51,063 nt of DNA from a virus (taxonomy: Duplodnaviria > Caudoviricetes), in the IMG/VR virus record IMGVR_UViG_3300020473_000002, positions 1 to 51,063 of that record; one strand, 5' to 3'. Positions 33,849-44,692 of this stretch are shown one piece after another (positions within the stretch are counted from its first letter, which is position 1; each line of letters opens with the position of its first letter). The notes under the pieces were generated by a model. The model saw nothing but the letters and a program-made list of their open reading frames with translations. It had not been told where the DNA came from and did no database searches. The translations under genes were made by a program, and so were the position numbers.

Positions 33849-36825
33849 GGCGTAAAAATCCTAATGGTTCTGAAAGTATGTGTGTTCCAATTTTTACTGT
33901 ATTCCCATTATCATCTAATGAGAACTTTTCGTTATCTACAAAAGGTATCACTCCATCATCACCAGTCCAATCGGTTAGATACTTCAACTCTGAAAAGCTA
34001 TAAGCAATATTTGCGAGCTGCTCATTTTCATTTACCGCATATGACAAGGCTTTAATAGCTCGATTGCTTAAAGTCACATCGTCTGGAGCGCCTAAATCAA
34101 TCATGTTATGTGTAACTTTACCGTAGGAATTAGAGTAACCCAGCTTTCCTTCAACCAAGCTATTAGTCGTATTAACAGTGTAATTCCCCGACACCTTTCT
34201 GTATTCTTCGGGATTACCAATCATGACCCTTTTACTTAGTGAGTACGCCAGGTCACACCCATGCTTGTTGGCATTAGCTCGCGTAGCAAACACTGAAAAA
34301 ACACCATCCAAACCTGAAAAAACCGGTAGCACCTTACTAGGCTTAGTTAATTTCGCTGACGTGTAATATTCTATCAGCGTTATACTCCCTACCTTGTTAC
34401 TGGCGCTTGAGAGTAATGTTCTAGTGTTATCTATCGGGTATAAAGAATAACTCCAATCCCTGCCTGAACCGCTTTCTGAATATAAACGATAACTAGAGCT
34501 TGATGCTGGGGCTCTTGTCAGTTTAAATACATTGTCGTTACTAATGTCGTTAGGGGTGTTTTTAATAATCCCCCCAATCCAACCCAGACTGAAAACGCTA
34601 TCTGAAAGTAATACTTCGTGAGAGCCAATTACATCTAAGTGCATATACACGCCAGAAACGCGATTTTGCGTTTTCTTTTGAATAAATAAGCCTTGCGCGG
34701 TATCCCCAGAGGTTACGCCATCTTCTGAGGCTTGCTTGCTTACAATAACAAAATCATCGGTAGTCGGAGATTTATACAGCGCTTCTACATCGTAATATTT
34801 GTTATTAAAGATAACGACACCAAATAAATTAGAACTCTGCTCACTAACCCCTAAGTTATCTAGCTCTAAATCGTCTTTCCATCCCGTAACCTTGAAAGCA
34901 TCCCCCGACTTAAAATAAATCGTTGAGGCCGCAACATTTGCGGGTCTGGTATGGGTTAGAAATTCGGTGCCACGATGTTTACCATTTTTTACTTTTTGGT
35001 CATAGGCTTTAAGATCTTGTGTAGTTAGTCCTCTTGACAAATAGCGCATATCTTTACCGACACCACCAAAGCCAGAGGGTCTAATAGAATCACAGAAACC
35101 ACCATCGGATCGGGCCGTAGAGTTATCTTCTCTTTGGGTTATTGATCCACCCCAATCAGAGGGGCCAACCTGACTGCTTGAAGATTGGAAACAGCGCAGT
35201 TTTGAGTCGATTCGACCAACATTGTTTTCGTATGATCGCCATGAAGATACGTTGGAAATAACATTAGAGTCGTAGCGCCAAGGAAAGGTGCCAAACGGGT
35301 TATGTATGGGGTGAAATCCTCCACTATTTAGTCTTGTTAAGGTTCCGCCCACCATAAAGTGGCATTCGCCATCCACACCATAATATTCACCTTCAGGGCT
35401 TCCACCTGTGGCTGAGGCATTGGTTCTTATAGCTGAAAAAAGGCCTTTAGCTCTCCCTTTTATCGAGGTGGTTGGGTACTCTGTACTTTGATGACCAACA
35501 AACCAGCCATAGATAGGGGAGTTCCAGTAGCCAAATGCTGAGGGTATTTCACTTTGGTGGCCTTGGGGTTTAATACGAGATTGAACGTCATACCTTAAAG
35601 CCGTGGGATCTTCTGAGTTTATGGCCTCCCACGATTCATTTCCTCTACCAGCGAAAGAACGCCCTCTGTAACACCATTGATAAAACGCTCCGCTGTCATC
35701 ATCAAAGAAAATTTTATTATCTGGGTTGCTGGCATGTTTAATCTTATTTTTCTCACTGGCGGTGTACCAGTTAATACCTTTTCTTGAAATGTTAGTATCA
35801 CCATCAAACCACGCAAAATAACTAACGGGTCTAAAGGTGTCATTAACGGTTTCCTCACCATCCATTGTCAAAGAGCCGTTTTGAATTAAACCATCAGGAT
35901 AAACAAATGGATCATCCTCCGTTATCTTCCTTAGAAAAACCTCCCCGCCCCAAATATCTTCTCTATCTGTTCGAACTTTATTTGTCTCTGTTTCTGAGGC
36001 AAAAGCGATATCGGGCGTTTGGTGGGTGACTATTGTGCCTGTGTTGCTGTCATAGGTTGTTTTCCCATCATCAGCCGGTGGTAATCGTATTTGAGCGTGG
36101 CGGCTTTCGGTTGATAAAAATCGTAAGTTAAAAATAATACCATCAAAAATAGCTACAGCATGTTCAGAATTTGAACTCCCTACAACATTTTCATCACTTC
36201 TATTCCAACCTAATCGCAATAAGTTTGCTTGAGACCCATAAGTCCATAACCCTTCATTAATAGGTGAGCCGTAAAAGTAAGTTCCTTTGTCTCTTGATAA
36301 GCCGTAGTTAATAAAGCCACTAAAAGGGTAAGCTAAGCGGTTGGCTGCGCGTATTGCTTCAAACTCACCTTTACGCATTGCCCATGGGTAAGGGTGGTAA
36401 GCGTCTAGTTGAGCTTGAGCTTCACTTTCAATTTGCTTGAGTGTTTTTACCGTGGTGGTTGTGCCATCAATATTTACAAACGTTACGGTGCCGGTTTTTG
36501 TTTGCCAGTCTTGCATGGCCACAAAGTTATCATTCACCAATAAATTAGCATTTTTTAGGGCATCGGCCACGGCTTTGTATTCGGCTGTGCTAGGTAACAC
36601 AATGGCGGGCTGGTTGTTCTTGTTGCCTTGGCCCCAGTTTTTGGTTAACTCAATAACGTGTTGACCGTTATCATTAATATAGGTGCGATTAATAGCTACA
36701 GGGTCACTGCCTGTAACAAATAAAAAGTCACCTTGGCGTACGTTCTCAGGGCTTTCGCCACTGTTTATAACAACGGCTTTAAACCCGTTAGCTATCGTGA
36801 TTTGTGAGGCAGAATACTCAGCCAT
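33838..36825 (-). CDS. Putative tail fibre/receptor-binding protein
   Basis: About 995 aa, beta-rich, directly after the tail tip gene; start MAEYSASQ at 36825. Confidence 0.7.
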   Translation of the reverse strand: MAEYSASQITIANGFKAVVINSGESPENVRQGDFLFVTGSDPVAINRTYINDNGQHVIELTKNWGQGNKNNQPAIVLPSTAEYKAVADALKNANLLVNDNFVAMQDWQTKTGTVTFVNIDGTTTTVKTLKQIESEAQAQLDAYHPYPWAMRKGEFEAIRAANRLAYPFSGFINYGLSRDKGTYFYGSPINEGLWTYGSQANLLRLGWNRSDENVVGSSNSEHAVAIFDGIIFNLRFLSTESRHAQIRLPPADDGKTTYDSNTGTIVTHQTPDIAFASETETNKVRTDREDIWGGEVFLRKITEDDPFVYPDGLIQNGSLTMDGEETVNDTFRPVSYFAWFDGDTNISRKGINWYTASEKNKIKHASNPDNKIFFDDDSGAFYQWCYRGRSFAGRGNESWEAINSEDPTALRYDVQSRIKPQGHQSEIPSAFGYWNSPIYGWFVGHQSTEYPTTSIKGRAKGLFSAIRTNASATGGSPEGEYYGVDGECHFMVGGTLTRLNSGGFHPIHNPFGTFPWRYDSNVISNVSSWRSYENNVGRIDSKLRCFQSSSSQVGPSDWGGSITQREDNSTARSDGGFCDSIRPSGFGGVGKDMRYLSRGLTTQDLKAYDQKVKNGKHRGTEFLTHTRPANVAASTIYFKSGDAFKVTGWKDDLELDNLGVSEQSSNLFGVVIFNNKYYDVEALYKSPTTDDFVIVSKQASEDGVTSGDTAQGLFIQKKTQNRVSGVYMHLDVIGSHEVLLSDSVFSLGWIGGIIKNTPNDISNDNVFKLTRAPASSSSYRLYSESGSGRDWSYSLYPIDNTRTLLSSASNKVGSITLIEYYTSAKLTKPSKVLPVFSGLDGVFSVFATRANANKHGCDLAYSLSKRVMIGNPEEYRKVSGNYTVNTTNSLVEGKLGYSNSYGKVTHNMIDLGAPDDVTLSNRAIKALSYAVNENEQLANIAYSFSELKYLTDWTGDDGVIPFVDNEKFSLDDNGNTVKIGTHILSEPLGFLRHEQ

Positions 36826-36827
36826 AA

Positions 36828-39800
36828 TTAATCCTCTTGTGAAATAATTGAAAGTTTTTGTGAAGGGTTTTGCCATGAGCCGTAAATATTTACGCCTGAC
36901 CGGCTTGTTATTGCGAGCTTGTACGTTCTGTCTGTCGCGGTTCGCTTATTGTCTGTATAGGTAAAAGACCCTGACGCCGATTGCGTTAGTAACCAATGGT
37001 ATGAGTCGGATTCACGATCATAGTCATTGGTTACAATTGTACCCGCGCCGTGGTAGGTTTGCGTTTGGCGTACTACCCATGAGCCATTTACTAACTCTGA
37101 TAGCTGTATGGTGTATACAGGATCGCTGGGCTTTCCTGCAGGGTTTGTGCTTGTACCCGAGGCCATCGAGTTAAGCTGCAATGAACACACAATATTAATT
37201 ACGCCACCATTTGAGCCAAATGGGCCAATTTCGACAAAGGCATCGGCTGATAAGTCGGTGGTTGTAAGCGCGGTGCTGTATGTACCGGCCACAATAGAGC
37301 CACCAAAGTAACCGTTGCCACCCGTGTCTTTCCATTCGAGGGCATTGGCTTTTGTTAGGGCAGCTAAGTTAGGCAAACCATTGCTTAGTATCTTAGGGCC
37401 ATACCAATACCAAACATTATCTGGCCCAAAACCAGGTGCATACTCTATTTTCATAAAGCTATCACCTATCAGGTCAATACGAGGTGAAGATATACGTGTA
37501 CCGGCACGTATCGCCTTAGCATCGAGCGTATCGTCAATCAGTGCGCTACCGTGAACGTGTAGCACATAGGATTGCCAACTACTGCCGGTATAGCGCTTAG
37601 TTGTTTGCACCGCTGGGTCACTGGCTTTATAAATGGTTACACGGTCATGTATAACCGGCGCACTGGGCAGGGAGTTATTCGCCGTTGAGTCATACCAAAC
37701 GCCGGTACTTGTGGCCACTTCAATTTGTACCGAGCCACGGCTACCATCTTGGCCATTCTGGCCGTTCTGGCCATCTTTGCCGTCTTTGCCATCTTGCCCG
37801 TTCTGACCGTCTTTACCGTCTTCACCGTCTTTAGGAATGCGACCCATTAACAAGCCAAGACTCATTTCTTCGCCGTCAATTACCTCAAGGCGTGGCCTAC
37901 AAAACATGGCGTAACTATCGTTCTTGGCATAAAACCTAAACGCGCGGTGAATTTGGGTTGTGGCCCCTTCCTTCTGCTTAAACTCAGGTGAGGTAATGAC
38001 TTTTTCACCCGTTTCAGGGTCATATATTCCCGATATGCCCGAGGTAAGTTCATTTGATTTATTGCTGCTATGCAAAATACCTACAACTAAATACCACTTT
38101 TGTTTTATAGGTAGATTACCTGTAAAAAAGTACGGGTTATTATTGTCGGTATTGTCCAAATTTTTGCAGGGTGCACACCCTAAGTAAAGGGTGTGGTCTT
38201 CGCCTTGTTCTTCACGCATCCAAACGCTGTAGCGATAAGATAATGTGGGGTCTGTGTCGGTAACTGTAACGTCCCAACCACCGGCGGCTCCCTCGGGGTT
38301 AGCTAGTTCACTTATCCAAATAGCTTCATAGGTATCTTGGGGGCCAAGCCCTGAAATTACTTTATTATGCTCAGCTGTACCCTTTTTAGAAAATACACCT
38401 TGAGAGCCTGATCTTCCTGTTACCCAATGGCCGTGTGGGCGAATTAAATTAGTGTAGGCGGATTCTCCCGTATCCCCTTTAATAATATACTCAGCGGGTT
38501 TACTCCAACCGGATTTGACCCACGCCGTACCTACGTTTATATACACGGCTTTAGAAACGTAAGTTATTTTACCTTCTTCAAAATAGGGCGAATCTTTATA
38601 ACCGTTAGGAATAATTTCATTCGTGCCATCAAAACTGCCGCCTGTTGGGGTTTGTGGTGTGGTTGTACCCGTTGTAAAAATAAAGCTGTTATAACTACCA
38701 TCATTACCATCAAAGTAATCAGTTCCCTTAACGGGGGTGTACCCGTCTTCACCATCCTTGACCACAATACTATTACCACTGCCATCAGTAATGGTGTGAG
38801 TACCGTTGCCATTATCTGTTACCGTTGGTATTGGCGCGTTTTCACCATCACGAATAGTTACCGTTTCCGACCCGTTACTTATGGTGTATGACCCGTCGGG
38901 GTTTGTTGTAATCGTGGGTGTTACCCCATCAGCACCATCAGCACCATCTTTGGCGCGGATATCCGCCTCACTTTCTACGGCGTAATTATCCCCTAGTATC
39001 ATTTTGCCTTTAAAGATATGCACAGGGTTTGCGGGGTCTGTGTTATCAATATATGACGTAGGCACAAACGTGTTGCCTACCATCACGCCTTGGCGGATCA
39101 CATCCCCTACCAAGTCAAGGTTGCCCGTTTCGCCATCGTTATAGCCAACAACGCCCACGGCGCGACCATTGTTGTCTAATTGCCACCCGCCACGGGCCAC
39201 TAACTCACCGTTTACCTTTTTAAAGACTTGTTTTAACTCTTTAATGCTGGCAGTGCTTTCCCCATCACTAATTTGTAAGTTAGAAATGTACTCAGCTAAT
39301 GGGCCTTGAACCCAAGACCCCCCTTGATCAACACAGACTACAGCATCATTTTCGCTGGTAATGTTGCCCTCAGCATCAACACAGTAGCCAACGGCGGTGC
39401 GGGTGTATTCTTGCGCGGTGGCTATAGCTTCATTTTTTGCTTGGTCGGTGTCGTTTTCAATCTTACTGGTTAAGGTTTGCGAAAGTGTTGTGAATGCCTG
39501 ATTTTGACTTGCAAAGGTTTCAGCGACTTCATCAAAGCTACTAATAGTATCGGCCACAAACGATTCAAACTCTTGATCGCGTACTGTATTAGCTTCATCA
39601 ATAGTGGCAATGGCTGTGGTTACGTCACTAAATCGGGCGGTTACAGTGTCAAAGGTGGCAAGGTAGCGTTCATCACGCACCACAGCGGCTTGCTTTTCGT
39701 TAGCCACAATTTGATTTAGTACGGTTATTTGGCCGCTGGCCTGTTCAAAAATCGCCGCTAATTCTAGTGCTTGGCTAGCTACAGATTCTATTTCATCCGT

Positions 39801-42800
39801 TTGCGCTTTTAGCTCGGTTTGAGCCACGGCCAGTTTGGCACCTTCTTTTGTCAGCTCATTATTTTTTAGTAACTGGTTTACCGAGTTGATTACATCGTTT
39901 AGATTTTTATTCTCAAGGTCTAACTCTAAGCCTTGAACCTGCACAATGTTACTGCTTATGGTGCCGTTGATCGCATCAAGCGTTTGTTCTACATTGGCAA
40001 ACTTAGCATTTACGCTGCCCTCAGCCGCATTAAATACCGTGATTTGCTCTTTAATGTAACCCTCAGCGGCGTTTATAAACTGCTGGGCATTGTTGGCTTT
40101 TTCCAGTGTGTCGTTCTGGTTAAACTCCTGCAACGTGGCCGTTATGCTATAGGTGCTGTTGAACGTATCAATTAACTGACTAACGTTACTTTGCGTTTGG
40201 TAGCCCTGCTCATTTACATACGCGGCACTTAACTCTACGGCTTTTTGTACTGAAGGTAAATTAACCCACGTGTGGCCATCCAGTTCACATTGCGCGGCAT
40301 CGTTCTGATCAACTATTTCACCGTTGGCATCAACACAATAGCCCGTTGTTGCACGGGTGTACTCGTTGGCCATAGCCAACATGGCTATATCTTGCGCTTG
40401 GAACTCAACACGTAATTGTGAACCTTGGCTCGCACGGGCTTGCTGTTCGTTTACTATCGCTTCGTCTAGGCTTACTAAGTCAGATTCGGCCTCACCCATG
40501 CGTACTGATAATTGTTGACGAGCCGTGGCTTCGTTTTCAATATCATCGGCATTGGCTTGTATAAGCTGCTCGGCATGTGCAATCGAGTCGTTTATACCAT
40601 CGGGTGTATTAACAAACTGGGTGATCAGGTCGGTAATGGTGCCATCGGCGGCACTTATCCATTGCTGTGCACTTTTAGCGGCTTCAATCGTACCGTTACT
40701 GTCTAACTCCTGTAGCGTGGCCGTAATACCATACTCGCCATCAAAGGTGCTTATAAACTGCTGTACGTTGGCCGCTGTCTGGTAGCCTTGGTTATTAACG
40801 AACACCGTGGTGTAATCATTAATTAACTGCACCAAAGGGCCATCTACCCATTCATGCCCTGCCGCAATACACGCGATGGCATCTGGCTCGTCTACCGTGT
40901 TGCCATTTTCATCAATACAATAACCAACTACAGCTTTTAAACGCTCATTAGCTTGCGCTACAGCGTGAGTGCTTTGCGTGGTTATTTCAGCTTTTAGTTC
41001 GCGTTCTGCAATGGTTCTGGCTGTTTTTTCATTTGCAAACGCTTGGTTCAAGCTCGTTAGGTACGCGGCGTTTTGACCTTGCAGTGCCATTAGTTCAAGG
41101 GTTTGGCTTGCTACGTTTTCAACATCATTACTTATTGCTGTTAAACGCTCTTGCGCCGTGGCTATTTTTACACCTTGCACGGCTAAATCTTGCTCAAGCA
41201 ATAAGTCATTGTACGCGGCTAACACGCCAGCAATGCCTTGGTCGCTAACATCACGCGCTAAACCTTGCACTTGCGTAACACTTGAGGTTATTTGACCCGC
41301 TACAGCGTCTAGCGATTGCTCGGCATGGCTCAAACGCTGGTTAACACCCTCGTCACTGTTTAAAATGCTGCTTACCTGGTCACGTATTGTGGCCTCTGCG
41401 CCATCAATCCATGTTTGTGCGGCATTAGCTTTAATAATGACTTGTTGGTCGTTAAGCTCTTGTAGCGTGGCTGCTATGCTGTATGTGCTATTGAATGTAT
41501 CAATTAACGTTTGAACGTTACTTTGTGTTTGATAGCCAAGCGCTGTTACCCAATTTGTGGTGGCGTATTGGGCCATAATACCCGTGGCCGCGTTTATGTC
41601 TTGTTCAAGCTCAGTGGTTCGGGCTGTAATGTCGGCAAGTGCTAAATCATTAGCGCCACGCTTACCCACTTGGATAAAATCTATATCACACGCACCAAGA
41701 TCAAACTCTAAGCTGATAATTGTGCCGGTATAATCTTGCGTACCCGTAGCATCAACGTTTAAGTTTTCCCACTCATTTGTGGTCGGCTCTGGTAAGTTAA
41801 TGGTTGAATTGCCACCATTGAAATAGATTTTACCTAGCCACTGCGCGCCCGCATGCTTACGAACCCGCAAACGAAACATTGGATTTTCATCGGCATCATA
41901 ATTGATTGCTGGGCTAGTGATTTTGCTTGTGGCCACAATGTAACCGGTGGCGTGGTGGCTTTGTGGGTTAAATCCTTCATCACCACTATTAAACTGCCAG
42001 TTGTAAGCGGGTTGTAACGCGGCCAATGCACCGGCTATTTGCGAGTCTACTTGTTCGAAGGTGGCTTTTTGGTTTATTTGCGCCGCTTGAACAACTAATT
42101 GCGCCTCGGCTTTTGAGATACGGGTTTGTGAACTGGCTAACTCTTGCGCGTTTAACGTGATTTTACTACTTAACCCATCAACCATTAAAGAGGCCGATCT
42201 AAATGCTTCATCGGTGTAAGCGTGAGCGCGGTTAACAATAGTGCCGGTATCTTTATCAATATACACGGCCGCATCAATTAAACGTTCACCCGTTGCGACT
42301 CTACGTTCATACTCTTGACGCCAATTAGTATAGCTGGCAGCGGTGTTTAAAATGCTAAGCTCAATGTTACGAATGGCCAGGCGTTCTTTTTCAATAGCTA
42401 AGTTATTTAGCTTGATTAATGAAGGTAAACCCGTTTCATTTTGTGGGTCTAACACCTCAGTAATGCGCTCTAAATTGGTTATTTGAGAGTTTGATTGTGC
42501 AAGCTGGGCTTGTAGGTTGTTAGGGTTTTCTGAATCTATAACCTCAACAATATTGGCTAACCGATCAATTTTAAACGGTAGGCCATTAGGGTTTTCTGAA
42601 TCTATAATCTCAACCTTGCTATTTAAACCCGTGAGGGCATCAATATTTTTTGCAATTAGGCTCGGCAAGTTGTTTTCAGTTTCAGGGCGTAGGCGGTCTA
42701 CTTGCGTGTTTATATCTTCTATTAGGGTTTGTGCATCTTCGCTTAGCTTTTTAAGCGGTATATCGTCAATATAATCAAGCAAATCAGATAATGACGTTTT

Positions 42801-44690
42801 AACGGCCACGCTTACCCAAGGGCTCACACCTGACAAGTTTTTAGTGCGTACTTTAAAGCTGTATTCGGTATCGGGCACAAGGCCGGTGTAAATATAGTTA
42901 TAGCCGCTTGCGGTGTTTGGGTTGGCGTTTGGCTCGGCTGTTTGGCCTAAAAACTGCCATTCAAACGTGGTGCCTAAGCTTGCGCCTGTTACATTGGCAC
43001 TTAATGTAATGGTGTTATAGGTAACGGCGTCTATGCTTACGATTGGCTCGGCCGGTAGGGCCACACTAAAGCCAAACGATACCCACTCACTACGAAAGCC
43101 AATTTTAGAGGCGGCGCGCACGTCCATTTCGTAATTACCGGCATCAAGGGAGGTGATCACAAACGCGGGTGTAACGCTGGTTGTGCTGAGTATGAGCGCG
43201 TTATTTTTGTATATTTGTATATCAAAGTGGCTGTAATCTGACTCCCACGCAATTTGCACATTACCGTCGTTTAATAACGTGCTGCTAAAATTAGCCGGTG
43301 CGGCAACGTTGCGCGGGTTTGGCAGTGAGGTGTCAGGAATGGGCGGGCGTACCACGCCGCTTAACCAGTTGTAAATATACGGTTGGTGCTCACGTAGAGT
43401 AAAATTAAACGTACCTTGCTCTAGGTCGGTTTTTTCTATCAGCCGAAATGGCTTATTTACCCAGCCCAATTTTTTATGGCTAATGGGGATCACATCGCCC
43501 ACGGTATAACGCAAGCCAATTGGCGCTACATTAACAGTAAAGTTTAATGACTCGCGGCTGATCATGGCAATAATGCGCGCCATTTGGCGTGCTTCGTAAT
43601 AGTTATTGCAGCTTGATACTTTAAAGCGATACTCAAGCAATACGCCGTTATCTTCATTTAACCATTGATCAGCCAGTTCGCTATCTGGCTCGGGGTAAAT
43701 GGCGTCTTGTTCGCTGTGATTTAGTTCTTTGTCTATATATTCAACAATGACGCGGTTATAGCGTTTATCTTTGCTGCCTGCATCGTATTTAACTGAGCCA
43801 ATAAAATCGAGTTCGCTTAGGCCGTAGGGTGTCGGTTCTTCGTCTTGCTCAATGATTAAGGTAAGTTGGCCGTTAATAATTGGCATTAAAGCGCGCATTG
43901 ATTTACCTATAAGCTCGGCGTTATCAATAACTGGGGCGCTTGTGTCAATGGTTAAATTACAGGTAAATAATGGTTTTGTTTCATCGCTGCCCTGATAAAG
44001 AGGCACGCGTGTATCGGCAATTAAGCCAGCGGTTTTAAATGATTCGTAGTTATACTCATGCGATTTTAACCCTTTACTAAAAATAGGGTTTGTAAAGTAA
44101 TCATAAGCACAATAAGCGGGGTTCTCGCTGTATTCGACGCGGCCCGTTTCAAGGTTTTTAACCTTACGGCCTTTAATTATGGCCTCTACATCAGGCACAC
44201 CCGTAAATGGCGCGTTATCACCTATACTCCACTCAAGGCGTAAATACGTACAGCAAAGACCATCTAGGCGATGATTTTTTGCGGCACCATCCCACCCCGC
44301 GTCGCGTAAATGAGGCGATGATAAACCCGCCATGCCATTTGTAAAATTGTACGCATACGCCCAGCGGCCGCCACCTTTTGCGCTAAATTTACTGTCGGTG
44401 ATTGAAATATCATTTAATAAAATGTCCTCGACTGACTCAACGCCCCCTTCACACCACACAATAATAATGTGCAGCAAGTCGTTTTTTACGTCGTCGTCGT
44501 CGTCGGGGTTGGTGACGTTCATAAACACGATAGTACCGGCGGTTTTTTGGGTGCCGTAAATTACTTTAATGTGATCGTCGCTTGAGGCTTTTGTTACTTG
44601 GGTGCCGGTTTGCTGTTTTTCTGGCTCGGGGTTAAGCCAGTTCATTATTAGCTTGGTGGTAAAATGGCGGATTTTTGAAAATAAGCTCAT
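36828..44690 (-). CDS. Giant central tail tip/host-specificity protein (J-like)
   Basis: IKVIYGT, YSENPAYCAYDY, FN3-like segments, long coiled coil, G-x-D collagen-like repeats. Confidence 0.88.
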   Translation of the reverse strand: MSLFSKIRHFTTKLIMNWLNPEPEKQQTGTQVTKASSDDHIKVIYGTQKTAGTIVFMNVTNPDDDDDVKNDLLHIIIVWCEGGVESVEDILLNDISITDSKFSAKGGGRWAYAYNFTNGMAGLSSPHLRDAGWDGAAKNHRLDGLCCTYLRLEWSIGDNAPFTGVPDVEAIIKGRKVKNLETGRVEYSENPAYCAYDYFTNPIFSKGLKSHEYNYESFKTAGLIADTRVPLYQGSDETKPLFTCNLTIDTSAPVIDNAELIGKSMRALMPIINGQLTLIIEQDEEPTPYGLSELDFIGSVKYDAGSKDKRYNRVIVEYIDKELNHSEQDAIYPEPDSELADQWLNEDNGVLLEYRFKVSSCNNYYEARQMARIIAMISRESLNFTVNVAPIGLRYTVGDVIPISHKKLGWVNKPFRLIEKTDLEQGTFNFTLREHQPYIYNWLSGVVRPPIPDTSLPNPRNVAAPANFSSTLLNDGNVQIAWESDYSHFDIQIYKNNALILSTTSVTPAFVITSLDAGNYEMDVRAASKIGFRSEWVSFGFSVALPAEPIVSIDAVTYNTITLSANVTGASLGTTFEWQFLGQTAEPNANPNTASGYNYIYTGLVPDTEYSFKVRTKNLSGVSPWVSVAVKTSLSDLLDYIDDIPLKKLSEDAQTLIEDINTQVDRLRPETENNLPSLIAKNIDALTGLNSKVEIIDSENPNGLPFKIDRLANIVEVIDSENPNNLQAQLAQSNSQITNLERITEVLDPQNETGLPSLIKLNNLAIEKERLAIRNIELSILNTAASYTNWRQEYERRVATGERLIDAAVYIDKDTGTIVNRAHAYTDEAFRSASLMVDGLSSKITLNAQELASSQTRISKAEAQLVVQAAQINQKATFEQVDSQIAGALAALQPAYNWQFNSGDEGFNPQSHHATGYIVATSKITSPAINYDADENPMFRLRVRKHAGAQWLGKIYFNGGNSTINLPEPTTNEWENLNVDATGTQDYTGTIISLEFDLGACDIDFIQVGKRGANDLALADITARTTELEQDINAATGIMAQYATTNWVTALGYQTQSNVQTLIDTFNSTYSIAATLQELNDQQVIIKANAAQTWIDGAEATIRDQVSSILNSDEGVNQRLSHAEQSLDAVAGQITSSVTQVQGLARDVSDQGIAGVLAAYNDLLLEQDLAVQGVKIATAQERLTAISNDVENVASQTLELMALQGQNAAYLTSLNQAFANEKTARTIAERELKAEITTQSTHAVAQANERLKAVVGYCIDENGNTVDEPDAIACIAAGHEWVDGPLVQLINDYTTVFVNNQGYQTAANVQQFISTFDGEYGITATLQELDSNGTIEAAKSAQQWISAADGTITDLITQFVNTPDGINDSIAHAEQLIQANADDIENEATARQQLSVRMGEAESDLVSLDEAIVNEQQARASQGSQLRVEFQAQDIAMLAMANEYTRATTGYCVDANGEIVDQNDAAQCELDGHTWVNLPSVQKAVELSAAYVNEQGYQTQSNVSQLIDTFNSTYSITATLQEFNQNDTLEKANNAQQFINAAEGYIKEQITVFNAAEGSVNAKFANVEQTLDAINGTISSNIVQVQGLELDLENKNLNDVINSVNQLLKNNELTKEGAKLAVAQTELKAQTDEIESVASQALELAAIFEQASGQITVLNQIVANEKQAAVVRDERYLATFDTVTARFSDVTTAIATIDEANTVRDQEFESFVADTISSFDEVAETFASQNQAFTTLSQTLTSKIENDTDQAKNEAIATAQEYTRTAVGYCVDAEGNITSENDAVVCVDQGGSWVQGPLAEYISNLQISDGESTASIKELKQVFKKVNGELVARGGWQLDNNGRAVGVVGYNDGETGNLDLVGDVIRQGVMVGNTFVPTSYIDNTDPANPVHIFKGKMILGDNYAVESEADIRAKDGADGADGVTPTITTNPDGSYTISNGSETVTIRDGENAPIPTVTDNGNGTHTITDGSGNSIVVKDGEDGYTPVKGTDYFDGNDGSYNSFIFTTGTTTPQTPTGGSFDGTNEIIPNGYKDSPYFEEGKITYVSKAVYINVGTAWVKSGWSKPAEYIIKGDTGESAYTNLIRPHGHWVTGRSGSQGVFSKKGTAEHNKVISGLGPQDTYEAIWISELANPEGAAGGWDVTVTDTDPTLSYRYSVWMREEQGEDHTLYLGCAPCKNLDNTDNNNPYFFTGNLPIKQKWYLVVGILHSSNKSNELTSGISGIYDPETGEKVITSPEFKQKEGATTQIHRAFRFYAKNDSYAMFCRPRLEVIDGEEMSLGLLMGRIPKDGEDGKDGQNGQDGKDGKDGQNGQNGQDGSRGSVQIEVATSTGVWYDSTANNSLPSAPVIHDRVTIYKASDPAVQTTKRYTGSSWQSYVLHVHGSALIDDTLDAKAIRAGTRISSPRIDLIGDSFMKIEYAPGFGPDNVWYWYGPKILSNGLPNLAALTKANALEWKDTGGNGYFGGSIVAGTYSTALTTTDLSADAFVEIGPFGSNGGVINIVCSLQLNSMASGTSTNPAGKPSDPVYTIQLSELVNGSWVVRQTQTYHGAGTIVTNDYDRESDSYHWLLTQSASGSFTYTDNKRTATDRTYKLAITSRSGVNIYGSWQNPSQKLSIISQED

Positions 44691-44692
44691 TG

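Noticed and set aside
37740-37835. 9-bp repeats in the tail tip gene as a regulatory repeat
   Set aside because: They encode ordinary collagen-like G-x-D/N triplets
33222-44690. Diversity-generating retroelement or invertible tail-fibre cassette
   Set aside because: No reverse transcriptase, no template/variable repeat pair and no inverted alternative fibre ends seen by eye; the serine recombinase is about 10 kb away
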